Assembly (NCBI GenBank): GCA_021432655.1
Contig: MU271371.1
Span: forward strand, 1 to 64,000
Source: Atractiella rhizophila
Taxonomy: Eukaryota
Length of the DNA: 64,000 nt
Reading direction: 5' to 3'
Shown: positions 27,501 through 38,600 of the stretch, one piece after another
How the letters are laid out: each line of letters begins with the position of its first letter
Position numbering within the stretch: the first letter of the stretch is position 1
The notes under the pieces: model-generated
What the model saw: the letters and a program-made list of their open reading frames with translations, nothing else
Database searches by the model: none
What the model was told of the DNA's origin: nothing
Program-made: the position numbers and the translations under genes

Positions 27501-29543
27501 CTTCTTCAGATCTTATCGACGGTTCGTTAACCTGCTGAAGTGTCCCGTCGACAAGCGGCATTCTTAGTAGACTGAACTGTTTTGAGATGGTCAGCAGACC
27601 ACGAAGGAATCACTTAATGATTCAATTTTGAACTCCGCTGTTTGCCCAACTCTTCTGTAATTGCACCGACTCTGCTCCCTTGTTATCCAAGTCAGGAAGT
27701 GAACCATCGGGAAACCAGGAGAGCTGGATCGATCAAATTAGCTCGTCGCTTTGGCGAGAACAAGTGGGATTAAATGCCTGGCAAACAAAACAACCTTACT
27801 TTTCAGTTTCAAATTGAGATCTAGAACTTTAACTCTGTCTCCTTCACCTTGTCTCTATCGCCCAATGCATTTAATCACGCTGCTGCCCGAAAGCCCCTCT
27901 TCCCCTCGTCGACTCCTTCGACCTGAGCTCTTGAAGGCAGCTGAGGTGCGTCTCTTTTCTCGCCTGCTGGTAGCACTTCCATTCTTCTTGTCATCACGAT
28001 GCTTAAATCGATCGATGTTGGTGGTATTTGGACGGCGCATTTGTTCCTGTTTGTGATGCGATCCCATAGGTTTGGGAGGCTCTCCTGATCTTGTCGGCTT
28101 CACTTGCACCTTGTGAAGGGAGGCAGACAGTTAGATGTGGCTCGGGCACATAAAAGGCTGACGAAGCCTTGTATGATCCCTTGCCACTGTCAAAGTTTGG
28201 TCAAAAGCATTCGCAGTTTCTGTGTTCTCAACAATTGAGCAGTAACTCGTTCATCCATAGTGCATCAAGCATTCCGTTCTCAACTTTTCCCATCCAATTC
28301 TCCTCTCAAAAGTCTCTTTTCCATCATTCTACTCAAAATCTCAGCTCTGACACATTCTTCCTCCTTCACACAGATTTAGCGGCCCCGCCTTAACCAAACC
28401 GCCGCCCAAAAAACCCGCAACCTCAACAAACCAAAAACAATTGATTTCGCCCTCAAACTATCCTATCCTATCTTCCTCTATCCCGCCATCTACTACCCCG
28501 CTTCAAGGTCGCCTTTGAACAAAAGGCTTCTTAAACAAGGTTTTATCTTCAAGGCTCAATTTTCTATTCCTGTTTCTTCAACGTCGTTTATCTCACCTTC
28601 CTTGTTGAGTAATATCTCAGGGAGAAAGGAGTGTTTTCTTAATAAATAAAAAAATTCAAAGCACGCGTTCACCTAACGCACAATATCCTAAATACCTTTT
28701 TTTCTGAAGTGTTGTTATACGTCATTTCGTTCCCCTGTCTTTAACCGACAAAAAATTAGTGTCTCCCTCTCTTCTTCAACGCAACCAAAGCGATATCTAG
28801 ACTTGACCTCAACGTTAACGGCCTTTCGAGAAGTGATACGATTTCAATTTCTAGTCTCCTCCGTTTCAGTTCTCCGTCTTTGTAGCCAAATATCTTTCTG
28901 TACGCACGCGGGTTGATCGTAGGTAAAGTCACTTTTGGTCCTTTGTATGAGTGCCTCTGATATTTTTTTCCGCAGGAATCACATTGAAGCTTTTCTTGCG
29001 ATTCCCGATTCGTTTGTAGTACCAGAACGACATCTTTAGCCTTTTCTGCTCCATACTCCGAAGTTGTAAGCCTTTCATCAACAAGACAGGGTTCCGGAGG
29101 AATTGACGATGTCCTCTTGCAGTCTTTCCGTTACTGATCCTCTGCGATCTTCGATAAAATCCAACCCCCAAAAAAAAACAAGCACCTTTCATCTGTCTCA
29201 ACGATTCTTTTCAATACCTTCATATTACGCCCTCGTCTTGCCTACGTCTTCTTCTGACTTCCTTTCGATAACGCGCAAAGGGATCTACAAGAAATAACAG
29301 ATTCTGTTCCTTCCGCTACCCAATACTTGGTGAGTTCTACATGTCGGATTCTGCTCGTGTCATAATCTCTGGACCAGTGACCATCAGAACGATTTCTCCT
29401 TGAACTATACGTGTCATCTCAAACGCCCGAAAAAAATGCAAACTCAAATGAATATGTCCGAAGTTTTCTCCAGTCAGTACCAACATCCCACCATTCCGGC
29501 CCATTTCCATTTTACTTCTCCTCCCCCGAATATCAACAGTCCT

Positions 29544-32500
29544 ATGTCTGATAAAGTCGCTACTCCGAAACCTCGGCCCAATGCCAAAGTGGCTTCATCC
29601 AATGCCAATGCCGACTATCTTGATGGAAAGCCGCTAATCGAGTTTTCTTCTGGAGGCGAGGAAATGGAAGGAGAGGTCAAAAAGGACGGGAATGAAACGA
29701 GGAATGGAGCTCAGCAGTCGAATGGGCGAAATACGAATCGACGCCTTCTAAAACCAACAACTCCATACGACGATTCCTCTTCCCCTGTCACTACGGACGA
29801 GGACTTTGACGAGAACATGTACAGGAGGTCGTATTATCCAGCCGACGAAGCGGATGACGAAGACGGCGGGGAGGAGAGCGAGCTGGAGGGAAATAAAGAT
29901 AGGTTCTGGTTCGAGAATCAACAGAAGGTTGCCGCTCAGAGGAAGCACCATCGAGACTCTCGGGACGAACCGAAAGCTCTCCCAACCGAAAGTCAGAGCA
30001 GTTCTCCGCCGAATCCTCCTGTCCTGTCACAAAGTCATATCGATGCTCTGAGTAATGGATTCCGCATGGCAACTCCTGGATGGGGTCGACCACCTCAACA
30101 AGAGGATGACGCCGATGCGGATACCCCTCCTGCCCAGCTCGACTATTTCCCCTCCCATCGAGTGAACGGAGCCAACGGGTCAACTGCCTCCACCCCTTCT
30201 GCTCGTCCTCCTTCCCCTTCGACCAGTCATGCTCTTGGAGTTCGCGCTGGTAACAAACCATGGGAAGACTCGAAAGGATGGTCGCCTGGGTTACAACAGC
30301 TTTGGTCTCAGCATCGTCAAACTAATTCCCTCCCCAACGTCCCTTCCGGCTTGGCGAAGAGTCAGACCGGGAGTGCAGGCGAAGGTGATGGAGAAGAGGA
30401 AATCGTATTCCCCGACGCAATCTAAGCATTGGAGGACCGACGAGCGGCTTTTCCATGCTGAATGGGCCTAACACTGTTGCACCGGCCGCTCCACAATTGA
30501 ATGTCAATCCCATCGCTTCCTTGAACAAGGAATCGACGCCAGTCAAGGCCGTGCAACCACCACCGTTCTCTTCTTGGTCACACCCAAGGCAAGGCTCCGA
30601 CCTTTCTGGATCGGAAAGGGACAATCAGTCCCCGTCCAATTTCAGCCAGCGATGGTCAAGTGATACGCCTAACACATCCCATTTCCAGAGCCCTCAAATC
30701 GACAAGGATCCTTTGCACAGTCCTAGCTCGAACGATATTAGAGACGTTGAAAAAAGTCCTTCGTCGTCCTCACTTAATTACGACGAATATCACGGGACGG
30801 AGCAAAGGAGGGGCGCTTCCGGGACAATGCCGTCACTATTCGGATTCGACCAGTCAGGTGGCCAGTTTGGAGAGTTGGTTCAAGAGAGACCTGGAATGGC
30901 AAGACTCAACGGTGACCCTCATGGTTACCAAGACCAGTCTGTTCATCCTCAGGCTCCCGGAATCAATGGATTCAATCCCCATTCTGTCGAATTCGTTCCC
31001 AGGCATCTCCAGCAACAGCCCGAACCAGGTCAACAGCAAATCCCTCGCACCCAGTCTCCTCAACAGCGGCTGTCGAGCCCTGGGCCATCGCCGCTTCGGA
31101 ACGAGCAGAAGTTTGATGCTACCACTTATAGTCAAATGCCTCCTGCATCCATAGCTCCTGCCTATGCTCCTCAAGGTCTGGTGTATCCCGTTCAAGGTCC
31201 GGCTCCAATGCAGTGGCCACCACAGCAGCCTCAACAATTGGTGAATAGCGTTCTTCCCGGTGCTTATATTAACGGTCAACACATCTCGACGTTCCCTAAT
31301 GGACAGGGTCAAGAGTACTCTGAGATCCCTATGCAAACGCGGAACAGGTCAATGTCACATGGGTCCAACGCTTCTTCGGCCTCAAACGTTTCCATCCCAT
31401 TCTCCAACAACCCTCCCTCCCCGACGACTACAAATGGTTTACCGGTGACTATGACAGCGGATCAGCTGGCAGCTGCGAGGTTTGTAGCCATGCAAGCACA
31501 GGCTATGGCTCGACCCCCCTCCCGCGGCATCAACCTCGCCATTGAAGCGCTGCCCTCTATTGGCTCCGCGCTCCAACAAGGTCAGACCAACTACGCTAAC
31601 GGTGTTCCTCCTCAGATGTCATTCCGTCCCAATGCTATCCCTGCTCATGTGTACGGTCACGGCGCCTATCGAGGTCCTATCCCACTCCCCCCTTTGAATT
31701 CCCCTTATTCAAGGGCGGAGATTCAGGCTCAGCTAGATCCCCGACAACCGAGAGGATACGGTCTTGCTGCCCAAATGGGTGGACCTCCTCTCTCGCCGGT
31801 TTCAAGTCAAGCGTCAACTATTCGGGGAAATTCGACTCTGCATTCCATTCCTCCTGCCGCTCTTCAAGGATTAACTCCCGAAGCTCTTCAAACCTTGATC
31901 AGCCAGCCTGCTCTTTCGGACTTGGTTCTTCGTCTCACCGGTATGCGAGCCTCGAGCAACACGTCGAGCGGGGATGAAGACAGTCAAGAGGCAATTGGCC
32001 CCAGCGGTAATAATCGTAAAGCTGGTTTATACAAGACCGAACTGTAAGCTTTCTACGGTCTTCCTGGCCCATTCTCATTCTTGCGATTCAGATGTCGAAG
32101 CTGGGAAGAGAAAGGTACTTGCCGTTACGGTGCCAAATGCCAATTCGGTATATCTCTCTGTTCTTCCATAAACTTTTCTAACCTGCGTATCCCGACAGCT
32201 CATGGTCGCGAGGAATTGAAGATTGTCAATCGTCATCCTAAGTATAAGACTGAGGTCTGTCGAACGTTCTGGTTGCATGGTTCTTGCCCATACGGTATGT
32301 CTCTGATTGTTTAACCCGGAGCTTTGTCCTCATCCTGCACAGGCAAGCGCTGTTGCTTTATTCACACTACAGTCCCTGGCGCCGCTAACCAAACACCTCC
32401 CGATGCGTCTCAACTCGCTGCTGCTGGTCTGACTGCTCCGGAGAAACCACCGACCACGACATCTCAAGAGCCTGTATCGAGATTGCATCAACGGATGGCG

Positions 32501-33142
32501 GCGGCGGGTGCTTCCAGGTCTTCGTTCGGTCCTTCGCTCAGCTCTTACCTCGGTCCTAGCAGCTCTTCCGGAGATGAGGTGCAGACGCGATCGAGGGAAT
32601 CGAGCATCTCTTCGAGCCCTGGTGCGATAGCGCATCATAGGGCTTCCTCACTCGGTTCTCCTGCTTCTTTCAACGAAGCTGCTTTGGTCGGCCATACGCC
32701 CAATCGTTCCTCTTTGGACAATGCCGACCTGCCTCGCCATTATCTATCTCTCGAAAATCAACGGTCCCTCCCCACCACCCCAGCCTCTGGTCCCATGAAG
32801 GACGACTTCCTCTCTTCTAGTTATCCCGGCCCACAACATCCTCCCCTCCATCGAGCGAACACTGATAGTGAGACTCTTGTTTACGGCCAAAGCCATGGGG
32901 GGTTGTCGAGCTCGGTAGGAAGGAACGGCTATCCATCAAACTGGCAACCGTCGTTTTCTAGTAATCAACAGCCCAGTTCTTTCTCCAATGGAGGCTCCAT
33001 CGACGCGAAGCAGACATGGTCGAGCTTCGCAAATGGCCAGTCGACTCATGGTTCCCAGACTTCTCCGGGAACGATCGGAGATCGACGTGGCTTCTCGTCA
33101 GATGAAGAGTCCCCGAACAGAACCTCGAACAGAATTTTCTAA
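29544..33142 (+). CDS. Tis11/Cth1/Zfs1-family tandem CCCH zinc-finger ARE-binding protein; frame break at ~30400
   Basis: [51 protein letters not shown] after splicing. The low-complexity N-terminus is split between ORFs 29400-30425 and 30455-32047. Confidence 0.88.
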
Positions 33143-33917
33143 ATTTTTATTATCGTCGCAAATTTTTATCAAGCAAGCAACGTCAAAGTTTACGTCTCAT
33201 TTCTCCATTCAACCACGACCTTCCGCTTGGTTCGGATACACCTTTGTCCTCTCAAGATCTATTTACGACCCATCACTCTTATATCTACGAAGCAACATTC
33301 CACGCACGTCGTATTCCATTCACACAGTACTCGACAAAACCGAAGCCGATTCAACCTCGATCTCTCCTTTCTCTAGAACCGTCGACCCCGTTTTACTCTA
33401 TTTATGCAAACCTGACCGTTCGACCAGTTTGGGAGATCTTGGAACGTTTCGTCAGCCTTTGGAACTTGTTCTGTTTTCCTCCTATCAAGACACAATCCAA
33501 GTGGAACTCTTCAATTTTTATTATTAATATTTTGCTGCCTTCTTGTCTACTCAAAATCTCTCGTCCCTTCTCAACGCGTTTTCAGACCAACATCGAATCC
33601 CCTTGACGCTTCAATAAACGAATCCCACCTACCTTTCTCCTTCAATTTACTCTGCCTGGATTCAACGATTACATACGATTTAGTCACACAACTTACGGGG
33701 ACGATTTGATGTGTCTAGAATCATCGGGACTTGTTGATATTTTCTTCCTCACTACATATTAGATTGGCAACGAGCATCAAGACGCGCAATGGGTAAAGAC
33801 GAATGATTGATGTGATGCAGATGATACTGTGCAGGTTGTGCACACCCACGATGCAATGGACAGATTATTGTTTACGAAGACTTCTGAATGTTCCACGGTC
33901 GTTTAATCTAAGTCAGC

Positions 33918-34463
33918 TCAATTGTAAGCTCGGATCCAACGATTTAAGCAAAACTGCGCACGACTCCTTTTCCTCTCATCGAGTAATTCATTGATGTGTT
34001 CCGCAATCCAATATCTTTTCAACACGCTCTCATCCAACTCATTCGCTCCCTTAATCTCCTTCAAGCACTCCCTCTCTCCACAACCACACACGAAACCCTG
34101 ATCCATTTTCCATTCCGTTGAAGGATAGAAGAATGTCAACTCCTCTCCCTTCTTCAATCCCTTCTCCGTAACCACAACCTGTATCTCCCATTCCCCATCT
34201 GCATTCCGAGCAGGCTGGAACGAAAGGTTCGGACGACAGGAATGGTTGACGTATACCAAGTCGGAGTGGAGATTGATATGTTCGCCCTTCGAAATTTGCA
34301 CTGTGTGCGGTGTTGCAGTCGGGGAGAAGGTGGCCGGTGGGAAGGTGACGAGCGCGAAAAGTGAACCGGGTGGGCGTGAGACGAGTGAGTAAGAGGAAGA
34401 GGCGTAGTGTCCCTGCCTAGTATCGACGCGAATGAGATTGGGATGACTGGGCACGCGGTCCAT
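33918..34463 (-). CDS. small SET + post-SET domain protein (single exon)
   Basis: YVNHSCRPN, GEELTFFYPSTEW, and FVCGCGERECL. Confidence 0.88.
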   Translation of the reverse strand: MDRVPSHPNLIRVDTRQGHYASSSYSLVSRPPGSLFALVTFPPATFSPTATPHTVQISKGEHINLHSDLVYVNHSCRPNLSFQPARNADGEWEIQVVVTEKGLKKGEELTFFYPSTEWKMDQGFVCGCGERECLKEIKGANELDESVLKRYWIAEHINELLDERKRSRAQFCLNRWIRAYN

Positions 34464-35669
34464 CGTTTCTTTTGAGGAAAGGTGAGACGTAATTAGGGAG
34501 GAGAAAGCAGGAGGAGTTCGCTGGCCCTTTTCAAGTTTTCAACCTGAGGAGAATGTCGGGCACCCAAGTCCGGTCGTGCACCTCCACCCCAGCGTGGTCA
34601 TCAGATCTCTTTCACCGGGCAGTGCCAGCAGTCGCGGGTATTGCATCATCGCTAGATCTGGCGGAAGCAGTGAGCGTGATTGAGTTCAGACAACAGGGAT
34701 TTCAGGAGCTCTGCTTTTGTCTGCTTTCTAACCATTCCAATCTGATGTACTAATGGTGAAGCAGCTGAGAATGTAGAATGATCTCGTCGATACACTGATC
34801 AAGACAGCCTCGTCCAAATTGATGTCTAGCAGCATGAATGACATGAATTTTAGCGCACTTAGTTGTATTTCAAGCAACGATGCTACGGAAGGAGGAAATC
34901 ACAAGCAACTCTTCATTTTTCTCAAGAGTAATTACCATGACTAGAAATCGCAGAGATAGTCTCCGAAATGCTCGCGAGATACTGACATCGTGCTCTACAA
35001 GTGAATATATCGCTACGAGTACTGTTAGACATGGTTTTATTGCATGCCTGAAACTGATTCGTATCTCATAGACCTTTGATAATTTTGAGTCAGTGCTGCT
35101 TTCTCTCATTCCCATGAAAGGCTGTTTCCAACATATTTTCATGATGACAAGCAAGATATGATGGGCATTAACGATCCGACACGTGTGATATTCTTCCATG
35201 CATCATTTTCAATGCTGAGAGTGCACCATCATGTTGTTTTGAGGTTCGACATGGAGTCGCTGTATGCAACCTTTGAAATAATGGTTCAGGGAAGAACCAT
35301 GCTGATGTTTTAGCGAAGGTAACCGTTCGAGTTCTACGGCTCAGGGAGCAGATACATATCCACCCTGTTACCCCTGTTACCCTCAAGATACTAAGAACAT
35401 GAAGTAAGGACATACCACAGTCACGGACTCCCCTTCGTCACTGGAGCTAACTATTCCAAGTTAAGACGCTCTATCATCTTCCCCTTGATCACATATAAGA
35501 CTTGCTAAGCATATATTCCTCAACTTTCTAGCCACTTCATCGTTCTTGCCCTCTCTTTCCGGATGGATACATTCATCGAGCCAAACACGATCAACCGATC
35601 AACCAAGAAAGAAAACAAGAAATATTTCTATCAGTGCCTAAGCAGCGCAGATTAGAGTCGATTAGAAAA

Positions 35670-38600
35670 ATGGCAGCTGCTTCCCTTGTGGAAACGCTAA
35701 CCAACTACCTGCTCACTTCTTCCCTCACCATCCTCTACTCTGCCTCTCCATCCCTCGCTTCCCAGCCTCTTTCCACACTCACATCCCTCCTGGGTGCCGA
35801 TCTTGCACCTCCCTCCCCCACCGCTCCACAAAAGACTTCATCGTTAGGTGGCCGCAGTCTTTCTGCGGGCACTAGACTCGTCAAAGCGTTACAGGTGCTT
35901 TTGGTTTGGGTGGAACTGAAGGGTGCCAGTGAAGATGGTATCGGGAGGAACGAGACTGTGCTCCTTGTGCAGTATGTCTGTGGAATAATGGGAAGTGTGG
36001 GGAGACTGGAGGGAGAGGATGACAAGAATGATGGGTTGAAAGCTGTGATGAAGATTTTGGAGGGGTTGATGAAGAGTCCTAAATGTGGGAGGGGCGAAGT
36101 AGGAACGGTGTGGGAAGCGTGAGTTTTCCTTAGCTTTTGAGACAGAAGACAGGGGAAGAGCGTTCGTTATGTTGTTTTGGAGGTCTTGACATAGCGAGAC
36201 ACTTGGTTAACATTGACAGGAATGCCATTTCTCTTTTCGTAACTATTTGCGTGAACCTCCTATCAGATTAGAGGATGCGCGCACAGACCGCGTGTTGTGG
36301 GCAGAAGGAAGAAATAAAAGAGACCTAGCATGGAGGTGAAGAGTTCCGCACTGTATGAACTTGCTTGTTTATGCTGATACAGCATAGCGATAAGTCAAAG
36401 AATCGCTCAACAATATTTTATTGGTCTTCAGTTCGAACTTTCATATTTAAAGCGTTGACACGGAAGTTTTTGATTCCGATTTATTAACGTTATAACAGAT
36501 GGAGGGTAGAACACTATTACAGAGTGGGCTGTACCCTGTCTTGTTCGAAAAGCAATGCAGTGTTTCCTTAATTCCGTCATTTCTTTCAATATCGCGTGAC
36601 TGTTTCTTCGAGACATCTGACCGTATCCAATACTTTCCCTCTACAAGCTATGTGAACTTCTAACTGAACAGGAGGAGCAAGCGGTTTTGTTGGGGCTATG
36701 TCTGGTGCAGGTAGGAACAGTGCACCTGGTCTCCATCAACAGAAGGTTGATGTAAGAGACACTTTTCTTGGCCATGTTTTCGAGACTTTGAAATATGCTG
36801 AAGGTTGGACGAGGATTTGTTCTGTCTTTCTTTCTGAGAGGGATGGAGTGGAGCCATCATTGTCTTCTTCGAGTACTTCCCTTTTTGGGATGTAAGTGTA
36901 CCATACAGATATTGGCACATGTATGAAAGCACTGTGGTTCATTAACATGGAACATCCACCTTGCAGCGTTACAGGTGCTTTTGGTTTGGGTGGAACTGAA
37001 GGGTGCCAGTGAAGATGGTATCGGGAGGAACGAGACTGTGCTCCTTGTGCAGTATGTCTGTGGAATAATGGGAAGTGTGGGGAGACTGGAGGGAGAGGAT
37101 GACAAGAATGATGGGTTGAAAGCTGTGATGAAGATTTTGGAGGGGTTGATGAAGAGTCCTAAATGTGGGAGGGGCGAAGTAGGAACGGTGTGGGAAGCGT
37201 GAGTTTTCCTTAGCTTTTGAGACAGAAGACAGGGGAAGAGCGTTCGTTATGTTGTTTTGGAGGTCTTGACATAGCGAGACACTTGGTTAACATTGACAGG
37301 AATGCCATTTCTCTTTTCGTAACTATTTGCGTGAACCTCCTATCAGATTAGAGGATGCGCGCACAGACCGCGTGTTGTGGGCAGAAGGAAGAAATAAAAG
37401 AGACCTAGCATGGAGGTGAAGAGTTCCGCACTGTATGAACTTGCTTGTTTATGCTGATACAGCATAGCGATAAGTCAAAGAATCGCTCAACAATATTTTA
37501 TTGGTCTTCAGTTCGAACTTTCATATTTAAAGCGTTGACACGGAAGTTTTTGATTCCGATTTATTAACGTTATAACAGATGGAGGGTAGAACACTATTAC
37601 AGAGTGGGCTGTACCCTGTCTTGTTCGAAAAGCAATGCAGTGTTTCCTTAATTCCGTCATTTCTTTCAATATCGCGTGACTGTTTCTTCGAGACATCTGA
37701 CCGTATCCAATACTTTCCCTCTACAAGCTATGTGAACTTCTAACTGAACAGGAGGAGCAAGCGGTTTTGTTGGGGCTATGTCTGGTGCAGGTAGGAACAG
37801 TGCACCTGGTCTCCATCAACAGAAGGTTGATGTAAGAGACACTTTTCTTGGCCATGTTTTCGAGACTTTGAAATATGCTGAAGGTTGGACGAGGATTTGT
37901 TCTGTCTTTCTTTCTGAGAGGGATGGAGTGGAGCCATCATTGTCTTCTTCGAGTACTTCCCTTTTTGGGATGTAAGTGTACCATACAGATATTGGCACAT
38001 GTATGAAAGCACTGTGGTTCATTAACATGGAACATCCACCTTGCCAGAAAAGCGCTAATGGTAAAGAATAGGCTTTCGAGCTCTCTACCGTCCCCACTAA
38101 CCCCGTCTCTGCCTGCATCCGTTCGACATGCCATTCTTTCTCTAATCGATACTCTCATGGGTCTCCATAAAGCAGGTAAAGAGGCGTTTCCAACGTACAA
38201 ATGAACAGCTAATGAGCCTTGGTAGCCCTAAAGGACGTCGAACCACCTTTCGTTCCAGTATACACTGCCTTCGTTACTGGTGAAAAAGATCCTAGAAACC
38301 TGCTGCTCGGATTTGCCATCGCTCGCGTCATCGGTTTGGAGTGGGATCTCAGTCACAATGACAAGTGGGTAGAAGTGAGTCTTCAATGACAAGACACGAT
38401 TATTATTCAACCCGACGTTCTTTAGGCTTTGTTCGATATCACATTTTGCTACTTCCCTATCACCTTCACCCCTCCCAAAGATGATCCATACGGCATCACC
38501 CCTGCTGAGCTACAGGTGGCACTTAGGTCCGTTTGTTATCCTCGTGCTTGCAACTATTGTTAATGTTCCGATAGGGCATGCTTAGCTTCGACGCCTCGGT

